DNA of 64,000 nt from a bacterium (GTDB lineage: Bacteria > UBA8248). The stretch is taken from positions 800,001-864,000 of the forward strand of contig CBDBBI010000010.1 in the NCBI GenBank assembly GCA_965202625.1, written 5' to 3'. The position numbers and the translations under genes are program-made. The notes beneath the pieces are model-generated. The model was not told the origin of the DNA. It did no database searches and saw only the letters and a program-made list of their open reading frames with translations. This document shows positions 10,392-20,783 of the stretch, in pieces (the stretch's first letter is position 1; every line of letters starts with the position of its first letter).

Positions 10392-11384
10392 TTAGTTTTT
10401 CCAGCCCTCGGCTGCGATGGCATTTCTCACCATGCTCAAGTCCATACCTTCTTTACGAAGATCAACCACACGTTTCGCCTTGCGCTTCTTCACGAGCACC
10501 TCACCCATGAAGTCAAACCACTTGTAATCCGTCTCGGTCGGGAGAAGACCAAAATCCAAGTCTCCAACGGACACTTCCACGATTTTCAGCTTGATCTTTG
10601 AGCCCTTCGACTGCAAGTGGTTTAGATAGACGCGCGCAAATTTATCGCGATTTTCCCTGTGCAATTTCATGCCACGAATATAGCCCCTCAAAAACTTCGT
10701 ATACACGTCTTTGTCTCTTTTAAGGGTTTTTCCGTTGGCCATCAAAATCCACAAGTTGTTCGCATATTTGCAATACGTTTCCACCGTGCGCGCCCATCCC
10801 CTCTCGACGGCAATGGCGGCTTGCGGGTTATTCAAGCCTACCATGTCTACCGTCCGGGATTTGAGGGCAGACATGCGGGTGTCGGTGTTCATGTTCACGG
10901 TCGTAAAATCTTTTTCACTCAAGCCATATTTTGGCAAGATGAAAGTAGTGAGGGTGAAATACGAACCCGTAGCCTTTCCAATTCCAAGCCTTTTGCCCTT
11001 CATGTCATGGAGGGTTTTGATAGACGAATCGGGAGACGTCAGAATTTTGTTCGACCTGCACCAGTAGTTGGCGTTTGCGATACCGGGCGCGTTTGCGCCT
11101 TTCGAGATGGCGGAGAGGAAAGCACGGTCAGCAGCACCGCCAACATCAAGCGAGTTCGCCAGAATTGCCTGCCTCATCAATTTGCCCTGAGGAAATTGCT
11201 TGATCGTATATTTCCCTTTTCCGATGGTTTGATCAAAATAACCCATTTTGTGGGCCACTACAGTAACAGAGCCCATAACAGCGCGATGGTGGCCGATGCG
11301 GAACGGGGCCGCACTCGCAGCAAATGAAGCCAACAAAATTCCTGCAGTAGCCATCACAACAACGAGACACATAATCTTTCTCAT
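10392..11384 (-). CDS. ABC transporter substrate-binding protein (SsuA/NMT1-like)
   Basis: Signal peptide ending ASA-A; SIKTLHDMKGKRLGIGKATG motif; RBS AAAGGAGG. Confidence 0.85.
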   Translation of the reverse strand: MRKIMCLVVVMATAGILLASFAASAAPFRIGHHRAVMGSVTVVAHKMGYFDQTIGKGKYTIKQFPQGKLMRQAILANSLDVGGAADRAFLSAISKGANAPGIANANYWCRSNKILTSPDSSIKTLHDMKGKRLGIGKATGSYFTLTTFILPKYGLSEKDFTTVNMNTDTRMSALKSRTVDMVGLNNPQAAIAVERGWARTVETYCKYANNLWILMANGKTLKRDKDVYTKFLRGYIRGMKLHRENRDKFARVYLNHLQSKGSKIKLKIVEVSVGDLDFGLLPTETDYKWFDFMGEVLVKKRKAKRVVDLRKEGMDLSMVRNAIAAEGWKN

Positions 11385-11757
11385 TACACAATCCTCCTTT
11401 CTGCAAACTCGTGAGCCCGAAGGCATTCGTAAATAACAAAGCGGAGAATCCGCCATTGGGAAGCAAGCCTCAAAACTATAGATTCTGATTATTTGTCCAT
11501 GTTAGGCTATGATAGCATATATTTACATGCTTTTGCATTGCACTTCACTTCATTAACATTTGCCGATTATTCTTCGCCTGCGAAAACCACTATGAACGTC
11601 TCGTTTACCCGAAGCAATACCAAACCACGCCTTCTTTGCTCAGCCGTCTCTTCACCTCTTGCCAGCAAAAGGGATCGGCCAGGTCGACTTCCTATAAACT
11701 CAGATATTTTGGTTCTAGGTCATACGGAAACCAGCCAAGGATAGCAACAAAACATTT

Positions 11758-12966
11758 TTAATCGGCGACGGGTTCCGGGTTTTGTCTTGGCAAAAACAAA
11801 GCCAAAACGAGGCCTACGAGCAAAACAATGGGAATCACCCAAAAAGCATTCAGCATCCCTACCCTCTCGCCGAGTAAAGAAATGGGAATCGCCGTTAATC
11901 CGGCGAGTATCCACCCCCCGCCCAGCATCAATGAACTTGCGAAACCTCTGTGTTCCGGCAGGTATTCCTGTGCCAATGCAACGGATACTCCCATTGGCAC
12001 AAAAACCCCTGCGCCAATGATTGCGAGAGACATATAAGCCCACTCCAAGGGAGACAACTGAAACGCCAACATTCCCGCCAAAGCGCATCCAATGCCGATA
12101 GTAATAACTTTTGGCTTTCCATATCTATCACCCATAACACCCCCAAGCATCACACCGATGGCGCCTGAGAAAAAAATAATCGCGTTAGCCATGCCGCCCC
12201 GCCAAAGCCCTAAACCTTTGTCAAAAAATACCGTGGGTAGAAAACCCCCTAAATTCGCCAGAGTCGTCCCCCGGACAACGGCAATCCCAAACAGAAGAAA
12301 AATGGGGCCACGAACGTGTCGAAACGCCGCGATCAATCCCTCGCGCTCATCCCCCTTGTCGCCTTTTTTCTTTCGCCGGGGAGAAGCGGGCATTCCCAAC
12401 TTCACCCCTGCCATCGCAACCAGAGCCACAATGACAAACACCCATAAATGCTCCATGCCCATCGTTTCCGCTATGAGGATGGCGATTAAGGGGCCAATCG
12501 CAAAACCAAGCCTTCCACCCGTTACAAACAGGCTGACAATAAAACCGGCATGCTCAGAACTCAGCCTGCCCGCGCGGGCAGCCATATCCGGATGACATAG
12601 TCCAAAAAGAATTCCACCCGTGGTGAGAGCGACCGCCAAGCCATATACGCTTGCCACCCATCCAATCGCCGTAAAAGCAATGGAACTTCCCACCAGACCT
12701 ACAGCGAGCCAAGGCAACCAAGGCCACCGGTCGATGACAACGCCGGTAATGGGTTGCGTGATTGAGCCGCTCACTGCTTGAACCGAAATCAGAAAACCGA
12801 CCGTCGTGATGCTGATGTCCAATTTTTCTTTTAACAAAGGGATAAGGGGCGCAAAGAAATTCGCTTGGCTATCGACCACAAAATGCGCAAAGAATATGAA
12901 ACCTGCTCCCGTCCAGGGAAAAGCATGAAAAGATGGCTTTCTCAGTTTGGTGGGGTTTTTCCTCAT
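11758..12966 (-). CDS. MFS transporter (Fsr-like)
   Basis: AHFVVD...PLIPLL, HPD...SLFVTGGRLGFAIGP, AQEYLPEHRGFASSL. Confidence 0.85.
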   Translation of the reverse strand: MRKNPTKLRKPSFHAFPWTGAGFIFFAHFVVDSQANFFAPLIPLLKEKLDISITTVGFLISVQAVSGSITQPITGVVIDRWPWLPWLAVGLVGSSIAFTAIGWVASVYGLAVALTTGGILFGLCHPDMAARAGRLSSEHAGFIVSLFVTGGRLGFAIGPLIAILIAETMGMEHLWVFVIVALVAMAGVKLGMPASPRRKKKGDKGDEREGLIAAFRHVRGPIFLLFGIAVVRGTTLANLGGFLPTVFFDKGLGLWRGGMANAIIFFSGAIGVMLGGVMGDRYGKPKVITIGIGCALAGMLAFQLSPLEWAYMSLAIIGAGVFVPMGVSVALAQEYLPEHRGFASSLMLGGGWILAGLTAIPISLLGERVGMLNAFWVIPIVLLVGLVLALFLPRQNPEPVAD

Positions 12967-13970
12967 GTAGATCTATCCGGGGCCAAGCCATTTAGCGTCC
13001 GTTCCACCGCTTCTTGATAACTTTCGCCTTTCAGCACCGGATCTATCATCAAAATGGGCATGTCTACCCCGGCATCCCGAAAGGCACTCAATCGCTCCCG
13101 GCACCTCTGCGACGGACCAACAAGGCAAAACTCATCAATGATCGCATCCGTAATTCCATCTCGCAAAGCCTTCTGATCGCCGCGCTCGAAAGCCGTTTTT
13201 ATGCGCTCTGCCTCTCGCTCATAGCCACTCTCTCGAATGGAGCGATTATATGCGGGAAGCCCCAGCCAATACGTCAAAGTTCGTCGGGCGGCTTCTCTGG
13301 CCAAGATGAGATCATCGCATAGAAAAGTATGTATTCCGAGGTCGATCTCTATATGCCGGGGGTTCCTGCCCGCTCGCTTCGCTCCTTTGTCTCTCGCCTC
13401 CCAAAAAGAGCCCATCCTTGACAGTGGAACCATATATGGCAACAATCCATCGGCAATCTCTCCGCCAAGCGCCGTCATCTTGGGGCCGACAGCCGCCATG
13501 TATACGCGAATCGGATGCTTTGAGCGCCTGAACTTCAACTCCTCGCCCTGATAAGTCTGAAGAGGCAAAGGATAGACGGAATCACCCTCTAATACGCCTT
13601 TCACTTCACCCACATACTTGCGCATATCCTCAAGAGGATTCCCCATCTTTATTCCCATCGCCTCAATCCGGGGCGGATGTCCAAGCCCAAGACCTAAAAT
13701 ATAGCGGCCGCCGGAGATTTCGCTGATCGTTACGGCGCCCTGAGCAGCCAAAGAGGGGTGGCGCAAATAAATGATCGCGACAGAGCTGCCAATCTCGATC
13801 TTGGACGTGTAGGTCGCCATGAATTGATTAATGGCCAAAGCGTCCGTGAGGGATTCGGTCGTATAGACACGATGATATCCCAGTTCTTCACCAAGCCTTG
13901 CGACCTCTCCCATACCTCTGAATGAAATATCGGCGAACGTGAGAAGCCAAAAACCGAGGCGGTGGGTCAT
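12963..13970 (-). CDS. LLM-class flavin-dependent oxidoreductase
   Basis: TSKIEIGSSV..IYLRHP, SGGRYILGLG, YMAAVGPKMTALGGEIADG; 4-bp overlap with the downstream MFS gene. Confidence 0.88.
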   Translation of the reverse strand: MTHRLGFWLLTFADISFRGMGEVARLGEELGYHRVYTTESLTDALAINQFMATYTSKIEIGSSVAIIYLRHPSLAAQGAVTISEISGGRYILGLGLGHPPRIEAMGIKMGNPLEDMRKYVGEVKGVLEGDSVYPLPLQTYQGEELKFRRSKHPIRVYMAAVGPKMTALGGEIADGLLPYMVPLSRMGSFWEARDKGAKRAGRNPRHIEIDLGIHTFLCDDLILAREAARRTLTYWLGLPAYNRSIRESGYEREAERIKTAFERGDQKALRDGITDAIIDEFCLVGPSQRCRERLSAFRDAGVDMPILMIDPVLKGESYQEAVERTLNGLAPDRST

Positions 13971-14219
13971 ATATGCAAGTCCCTCTTCGACAAACAAATT
14001 CCCATCATGACGATTGGCGTAATTGACTCCCGGCAATCAGAGCACCGGCCTGGCTGATGGGCGCAGCCTTGATGAGAAAACGTCAAAACGGCATACCTGA
14101 GGAGCTCCCCTGGAGGCGCGCAATCTGACAGCATATGACCCATCCGTTTTTCTTGTATCCGTCTTCGTTTCCGCGCGACGCTTTGCGCCCTCCTCAATAT
14201 CACTTGTCACATTATCCCT

Positions 14220-14768
14220 TCACCTTAACGGGAGCGCTTCCCCCTCAGGGACTTCGAGTTCAAACGCGTTGAGCGTCATGGAGACAGTCGTATAATGCCC
14301 AATGAGACCGATCAACTCTACGAGCCCGCGCTCCCCAAAATGATCGAGCGCATTTTGATAGATTTCTTCATCCACAAAGTGATTTTCGTGCAACGTCTTA
14401 CAAAAATCATAGAGCGCGCACTCATCCGGGGCCATTCGAGCGGGGCGCTCATTCTTTTGGATATCGCTGATAATCTCAGGGGACAACCCCGCCTTCCTCG
14501 CCAAGGGCTCATGGGCGTACCATTCGTATTGCGCGCTCCAGAAGCGGGCGGTAATCAAAATCGCAAACTCGCTCAGCCGTGGGGCAAACAAAGAGTCATA
14601 TCGCAGATAACGCCCCGTTTCCTCCAATTTTTCGAGATAGTCCGGGCTTTTCAGCCACGCCAGAAACGGGCCTCTCACGCCTCCCCTGGGGCCAGAGGCG
14701 ATTTTTTCATACAGATTTCTCTGTGCTTGCGTCATCCGTTCTGTCGGCGTTTCCATTATGCGGGACAT
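14220..14768 (-). CDS. Carboxymuconolactone decarboxylase family protein
   Basis: GPRGGVRGPFLAWL, RLSEFAILITAR..SAQYEWYAH, LVELIGLIGHY. Confidence 0.87.
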   Translation of the reverse strand: MSRIMETPTERMTQAQRNLYEKIASGPRGGVRGPFLAWLKSPDYLEKLEETGRYLRYDSLFAPRLSEFAILITARFWSAQYEWYAHEPLARKAGLSPEIISDIQKNERPARMAPDECALYDFCKTLHENHFVDEEIYQNALDHFGERGLVELIGLIGHYTTVSMTLNAFELEVPEGEALPLR

Positions 14769-14986
14769 TAGGCGTCTATTCTCCTCTTGACTCCGAAGGC
14801 GCGAGCGGTGCACATTCACCTCCTACATAAGAAATGTGGAGGTTGCAAGATAACGCTTAGTCTGATAAGTATTCTACAAGGCTGCGGCCGGCGCGGCCAA
14901 CCCAAGTTTTCTGGAAATGCAGTTGAAGTGAAACGACGCATCAGATTCACCTCTCTCCATTTCCAAAACATGCAGGAGATGCACAA

Positions 14987-15202
14987 GTGCCAGAAGGAAC
15001 AGTAAAGTGGTTCAATGACGCAAAGGGCTATGGTTTCATTTCCCAAGCGGACGGGGACGATGTTTTCGTTCACTTCTCCGCCATCCAGGGAGACGGGTTC
15101 AAAACCCTGGAGGAAGGACAGAACGTCAATTTCGAAATTGTCCAGGGCCCGAAAGGGCTTCAGGCGTCCAACGTTACAAAAGGGGGTGAATCCGTAGAAT
15201 AG
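14987..15202 (+). CDS. Cold-shock protein (CspA family)
   Basis: [15 protein letters not shown] (RNP1), DVFVHFSAI (RNP2); GTG start with AGGAG RBS. Confidence 0.95.
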   Translation: MPEGTVKWFNDAKGYGFISQADGDDVFVHFSAIQGDGFKTLEEGQNVNFEIVQGPKGLQASNVTKGGESVE

Positions 15203-15222
15203 CGCTCAGAGACGAAACTTAT

Positions 15223-15255
15223 AACGACGGCTCACTTTGAGCCGTCGTTTTTTTT
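15223..15255 (+). terminator. Intrinsic terminator of csp
   Basis: AACGACGGCTCA-CTT-TGAGCCGTCGTT followed by a T run. Confidence 0.85.
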
Positions 15256-15360
15256 GTCTGTCCATCTGCTTCTTCCCCCCTTGCGAGAGGATGAAGCCTT
15301 CATGTTATAACCCCATCCGTAGCTTCGGCTGGACAGACCAATACGGTGGAAAGGCATCTC

Positions 15361-16464
15361 ATGCGTGACGTCATCATCATCGGCGGCGGCATCATGGGTC
15401 TCTTGATGGCGCGATCGCTCGGCAAGGCAGGCAGAAGGGTTGCCATCCTCGACAAGGGCCGGCTGGGCGCGGGCGCCACGTGGGCCTCCGCAGGAATCGT
15501 CTCCGCCCACGGCACGAGCGGCTCTGCCGACGTCGCGGGCGCGCCAGGTCTCAAGCTCCGAACCGCCTCTTTTGCTCAATGGCCTCTTCTGGCGAACGAT
15601 GTCGCCGAGGAGAGCGGGACTGACGTTGAGTATCGCCTCACAGGCGTTCTCCTGATAGCATTGGACGAAGAAGAGGCGGGCGCCATCCAAGAGAAGGCGC
15701 GCGCGCGCGAATGGGGCGACACCGAGTGGATGCCGCCGAACGCTCTGAGAAGCGAGGAACCTTGCCTGTCGGATACCCTATCGGGCGCCCTGCTCGTGGC
15801 GGGAGGAAACCTTGAAGTCCGAAAGCTGGGGCCCGCCCTGGAGATCGCCTGCCGACGCCTGGGGGTGGAGATCATGGCGGGACGCGCGGCGATGGAAGTG
15901 GTGAGCGACGGGGCGAGAGTCAAAGGCGTTCGCACGGACGCCGGAATACTTGAGGCGCCCGCCGTCTTCATCTGCGCGGGAGTCGGCAGCCCTCGTCTGC
16001 ACGGCGCCGTCCCGCAGGCGCCCATCACCCCTCAGCGCGGACAGATGCTCGCCCTGGACGCCCGCGCGGTCGGCCTCAGGCGCGTGGCGCTGACCGTCAA
16101 CGACCCCTATCTCGTGCCACGCGCGGACGGCCGCCTCATTCTGGGCGCCACGCGCGAGTTCGCCGGCGAGGACCCGAGGCTCACCGTAGGCGGCCTCTCC
16201 TGGTTGCTTCGAGAGGGCGCCCGCATCGCCCCCGCCATCGCCGCCTGCGCCATTGAGGAGACCTGGAGCGGCTTCAGACCCACCACGTCCGACTACCTGC
16301 CCCTCATTGGTCGGGGCGGCCTGGAAGGTCTGTATTTCTGCACCGGGCATGGGCCCTCCGGCATCGGGCCCGCACCCGCCAGCGTCCGCCTGGCGGCGGC
16401 GCTCTATCTGGGAGACGCCCCCCCGATCGACCCCGCTCCCTACGACCCCATGCGTTTCGCCTAG
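15361..16464 (+). CDS. Glycine oxidase ThiO-like / DAO-family FAD oxidoreductase
   Basis: DVIIIGGGIMG, GATWASAG, PQRGQML, YLVPRADGRLILGAT, WSGFRP. Confidence 0.85.
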   Translation: MRDVIIIGGGIMGLLMARSLGKAGRRVAILDKGRLGAGATWASAGIVSAHGTSGSADVAGAPGLKLRTASFAQWPLLANDVAEESGTDVEYRLTGVLLIALDEEEAGAIQEKARAREWGDTEWMPPNALRSEEPCLSDTLSGALLVAGGNLEVRKLGPALEIACRRLGVEIMAGRAAMEVVSDGARVKGVRTDAGILEAPAVFICAGVGSPRLHGAVPQAPITPQRGQMLALDARAVGLRRVALTVNDPYLVPRADGRLILGATREFAGEDPRLTVGGLSWLLREGARIAPAIAACAIEETWSGFRPTTSDYLPLIGRGGLEGLYFCTGHGPSGIGPAPASVRLAAALYLGDAPPIDPAPYDPMRFA

Positions 16465-17252
16465 CGAATGCGGGCAAGCACGCGCGACAAAAAACAAATG
16501 TGTAAAAATGAAGAAAAACCTAATTTAATACTTAGCGTATATTGATATAAATAGATACTTAATCCCTTCTCATAAATTTTCGCATATTTTCACCTGCTTC
16601 TCATTCCGGCTTCATCCCTTCGCTGTATGTAGCCGGACAAAAATAATGGCGAATGGCCTGGAAAAAGCCGATCAAAGAGGGCTGTCGAGCGTGATGGCGG
16701 CGGGGACGTCCCCGCGGACGCGGGGATGTCCTTAATCAAGACAGAAAACGAACGAAGCGTCAGGTGGATGACGACTGAGAAATAAAATTTCTATAGGATA
16801 ATTTCGTCAATTAGCGATTTATGCAATAATGCCGACGTCTGAGAGAATGGGCCCCGCCGGGCGACTTTGCGATTCTCATATCCCCTCAAGCAACTCCTTC
16901 CAGCGTTTTCGGTTGCTCGGCTGCGTGTTGTATACGTCGAGTTGTCTTCCCACGTTTTCCAAAAAGTTTCTTCTACCAGGCTCGCCGGTGAGGGAAAGAG
17001 CAACTCGAATGCGTTTATCGCGTAGCACCCTCCCTTCTTTCTAAATTCTGAAATGCGTCCCCAGTGCTTGGAACACGGCGGCTGCGACGCTAAGGCTCCG
17101 GTCGCCTCGCGCCCAGGCGAGCCGGAATGGACCCCCGCCCTGTAGAATCTGCCCGCACCAAAACGGCTCCACCGGACACGCGCGCACCAAAGGGGACGGG
17201 GGATTCCCGGCGTGCCCGCATGAGAGCGAGGAAGGAGGATTTGTCGTCTGCT

Positions 17253-17573
17253 TTAATCAGCTCGCCCGAATGAAACTTCCTCGCGCAAGGGTTTTCTGAA
17301 AGCCAGGGCCGCCACGTCGAAGAACTCGATGGTGGCGCCGTTCGCCTTGCGGAAGCCGCGCTGCTTCTCGGAGTTGAACCAGGCGTCGGCGGTCGCCCGG
17401 TCCTCAAAATGATAGACCGAGGCCATGCGGCCCGTCTCCTCGTTCATGCCCCAGGTCTTGTCCATGAGGCCGGGGATTTCGTTCTCAAAGAAGGGAACGG
17501 ATTTTTCCTTATCCTCCCGCACCTCTCGGAGCGTGGGCGCGACAGCGGGATAGTATAAAATCACCATGATCAT
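17253..17573 (-). CDS. YdhR-like small monooxygenase-fold protein
   Basis: IPGLMDKTWGMNEETGRMASVYHFED resembles the YdhR-family PGL..K.W..NEET...GG.YLFED pattern; RBS GAGGAGG. Confidence 0.65.
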   Translation of the reverse strand: MIMVILYYPAVAPTLREVREDKEKSVPFFENEIPGLMDKTWGMNEETGRMASVYHFEDRATADAWFNSEKQRGFRKANGATIEFFDVAALAFRKPLREEVSFGRAD

Positions 17574-17734
17574 GGCGGCATCCTCCTCAGGCGTTTACAT
17601 GGCGGCGGCGCCCCTCTTCTCGCTGGACGCTGAGCGATGCAGGCAGGATAGCCCGGCGAAGGCGGCGGCGCCAAGCGGCGGGCGGCGCGCTGAAAGCCTA
17701 AGGGCGAAACCTTACGCGAGTGAGAGAGGGACAG

Positions 17735-18457
17735 ATGAACGAACAAACCTATCAGGCCATCTACGAGCGGGCGCGGGAGAACGTCGAGAAGGCGGGGGGA
17801 GACGCCAACCCGTTCGACGTCTTCGGGCCCGCACATCCGGGGACGGCGGCGGCGCGGGGCGGGATACGAGCGGTTCGGCCTTAAGATACGCCTTTTAATG
17901 ACGGACGAGGCAGACACGGGCTTCGACTTCACGGGCAAGAGGCTGCGCGGGCCTATCATGACCGCCTTGATGAGCGAGAACACCCTGGGCCGCCACCGGC
18001 GCGACGCCTTCCGAGCGGTGGCCGAGGGGGCGGCGCGCTTCGGCACCCAATACTGGATGGGCGACTGCGCGGATGCGACCTGGCGGAAAGTCGCGGCCCT
18101 CAGCGGTACGAATCGTAAAACCCTGGAGAGAGTGCGGGCGCGTTGGCCGTAGGCGTGGACTTTGAGTCGGGCTTCTACAGCGAGGAGTGGCGCCCCGCAG
18201 GCGGCGGACGCCCTCGCCAAATACGTCCGCGCCACCGGGCTGCCCTTCGTCTTCAAGGCGTGCAGCTCCGCCGAGAGCGCGCGCATCGCCCGGGGCGCCA
18301 GGGGGACGCTTTCGGGCTGGGGCTGGTGCTCGGCCTGTTCGCCGATGGCGTGGCGCGCATGCTGGAGCTGTTGAACGAGGAGTTGAAGCGGGCCATGATC
18401 ATGGCGGGATGCGCAAACATCGCCTCCATCTCCGAGGAGATACCCATTCCCCGGTAG
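17735..18457 (+). pseudogene. Degraded FMN-dependent alpha-hydroxy-acid oxidase
   Basis: Fragments in several frames: DTGFDFTGKRLRGPIMTA / VRATGLPFVFKACSSAESARIA / GVARMLELLNEELKRAMIMAGCANIASI; large internal deletions. Confidence 0.7.
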
Positions 18458-18557
18458 GGGGGAATTCACATGAACCACCCCTGTCCTGTCCATATGAAAG
18501 GACTACGGGATATTAGGTGATTCCACCGATGCCACCTGTATTGAAGATGCTTGCCCA

Positions 18558-19697
18558 TCATTTCTTCACCAAATTAAATTCAAGGCAACTTTGAACTACG
18601 ATTTCCTGAATTACTCCTGATAATCTGCCATCAACTAAAATTGCCTCAAACCTTTCCAGTAGAGTGGGGATATTGATAATTTCTTCAATGCAATCCATAT
18701 ACCTTTGCACAACGTTATTCACATGGTAGAGACACTTCGCCTGTTCTTGAACTTTCCTCCTAATTACCTCTATTTCGTCAGTGGTCTTTACCACGAAAGT
18801 AATTGGATATCGCTGCACTTTATCTATATCAAGAAAGTATTTCCCTACATCTACGGTTTCAGTGACCTGGAAAAATCGCCCGAAAGGTTTCATCACAAAG
18901 TCAATTCCGCCATCGTTGGCATTGGTCCTACCCGTCTTGTATAAGGCCAAAGGTTCTTCTGTAAGTTCGGTTGGAGACCAGCCCCAAAAAATAGCCTGAT
19001 CTGCGTAATACTCCTTGAGTATGGCGTAGCTGACTATCTCATAAATACGAGCATCTACATTAGGTTTCATCAAACTCTCGATAAACTCAACAGATTGGGA
19101 ATTATTTTTCTCTTTTATTTGGCCTATTTGCTCACATTGATCTATAAACGCATAAAATGCCGATTCTCGAGCTACAATGTAAGCCTCTATTATCTCTTTA
19201 GTTGCTTGGGCAATATTAAAAATATTCGGTCCAATTTTTATTTTAATTAGGTTCTCGTTGAACCAATACCTATTGGTTGAGGCATCTCTGATTATTGGAA
19301 TGTACCCACAGGTTGGAAAATATTTCTTAAACTCTTCATTCAGACGATGATTAAGAGCATGGTTCTGTAATTTACTCCCAAATGGTAGCTCCCTTTGCCT
19401 TGTTAATAGAGCACTAAACCTCGCTCCTCCATATCCTTCGTAGGATTTTTCCGCGTGAAATCCACCATTTATATAATCTTCTATGAGGACATAAATTGCA
19501 TAGTGATTCGCGAAGCCAGCTCTCGCTTTTGAACCTCTGTTTGCTGCACGTGTTTTGATGTTCAGGTACTGGATCAATTCGCTTTTTTCAAAAATATCAG
19601 GAGTCTTTGCACCAAAATGGTTCCTTAGTATCTCGTTAATTTTTTCTGTAAATCTGTGCCTAAACTTTGACATTAAAAAAACCTTCTTGATACTCAT
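18558..19697 (-). CDS. Type II restriction endonuclease (partner of YhdJ-like MTase)
   Basis: Low-GC 379-aa ORF overlapping the MTase stop by 4 bp; TNANDGGIDF...FFQVT nuclease-like motif. Confidence 0.72.
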   Translation of the reverse strand: MSIKKVFLMSKFRHRFTEKINEILRNHFGAKTPDIFEKSELIQYLNIKTRAANRGSKARAGFANHYAIYVLIEDYINGGFHAEKSYEGYGGARFSALLTRQRELPFGSKLQNHALNHRLNEEFKKYFPTCGYIPIIRDASTNRYWFNENLIKIKIGPNIFNIAQATKEIIEAYIVARESAFYAFIDQCEQIGQIKEKNNSQSVEFIESLMKPNVDARIYEIVSYAILKEYYADQAIFWGWSPTELTEEPLALYKTGRTNANDGGIDFVMKPFGRFFQVTETVDVGKYFLDIDKVQRYPITFVVKTTDEIEVIRRKVQEQAKCLYHVNNVVQRYMDCIEEIINIPTLLERFEAILVDGRLSGVIQEIVVQSCLEFNLVKK

Positions 19698-20518
19698 CCA
19701 CTTTTTCGCATGTATCTTTTTGTGGGACTTTGAATAGGTATTCCATTGAGAGAATTTTGAATTCCCAGCCGGCGAAGACCAATTCTTACGTACTCTTCTT
19801 GCAATTCAATACCAATCGTTTTTCGCTTGAGTTTTTTGGCAACAGCCGAAGTCGTGAAAGTTCCCGAAAAAGGATCCATTACCCAATCCCCCTGACAACT
19901 GCTTGCCCTGACAATTCTCTCCAAGAGTGCTTCAGGCTTCTGGCTTGGATGTTCTTCATATTCGGCCATGCGATAGCGTACTCTGGGCAGAGGCCAGACA
20001 TTTCCTGGGATTTTATGGGTGTTATATGGAGCGGGCACAGGCTTCCGATAGTCGATTAAATTCCTTCTGGCCCCCGTTTTGGCTTCAATGAGAATATCGT
20101 CTGCATTGAAAGTGTAGTTGTTCTTGTCTTTGACGCAATGCAAAATCGGCTCATAAAGGGAACCGAAGTATTTTTTCGCCTGCACTCCAGAGCTGTCATA
20201 GCTCCACACGATTCTTGAGAGAATATGCACTCGCCCTCTTAGGTAAATGTCGATATATGGCATTGCCTGAGTGCTGGCCATGAGATACAGCGTGCCTGTT
20301 GGTTTTAATTTCCTGACACACAGTTCAAGCCACCTTTCGCACCATTGGGCATATTCTACCTCCGATGGCCATTTATCCAGAAAACCGGAAAATTTCTTCC
20401 CGATATTGTATGGGGGGTCGGCGAATATCAACGATATGGACTCATCATCGATCCCCTGCAACACCTCAATGGCATCGCCCCAAAATACTCTATGGTCGAC
20501 GGTCCCGAATTTCATCAC
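19694..20518 (-). CDS. Adenine DNA methyltransferase, beta class, YhdJ-like
   Basis: IFADPPY before DPFSGTFTT; IVWSYDSSGVQAKK..GS.YEPIL and VPAPYN..KIPGNVW..PRVRY closely resemble E. coli YhdJ as recalled. Confidence 0.92.
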   Translation of the reverse strand: MMKFGTVDHRVFWGDAIEVLQGIDDESISLIFADPPYNIGKKFSGFLDKWPSEVEYAQWCERWLELCVRKLKPTGTLYLMASTQAMPYIDIYLRGRVHILSRIVWSYDSSGVQAKKYFGSLYEPILHCVKDKNNYTFNADDILIEAKTGARRNLIDYRKPVPAPYNTHKIPGNVWPLPRVRYRMAEYEEHPSQKPEALLERIVRASSCQGDWVMDPFSGTFTTSAVAKKLKRKTIGIELQEEYVRIGLRRLGIQNSLNGIPIQSPTKRYMRKSG

Positions 20519-20783
20519 CTGAGTACCATTTCCATGGGTTTCTCCCCCTCAATTTCCTTCCGTCATTTTATCTCACAGACTTAAAGTAGAGGATTACTCC
20601 CGTCAGCCACATGGGATCAAAAACTCTTTCCTCATGCTAAGTGTGCAAATCCTGATTTCATATTGAGCGAATGGTTCGTGGCAATTCCCTAGGCACCAAA
20701 TTAAAAAATAGCACAATTAAGAAAATCAGTTTTTGGAAAAAGCGATCGACTTCCTAAACATTAGCAGTGCCGCCAATTTAATT

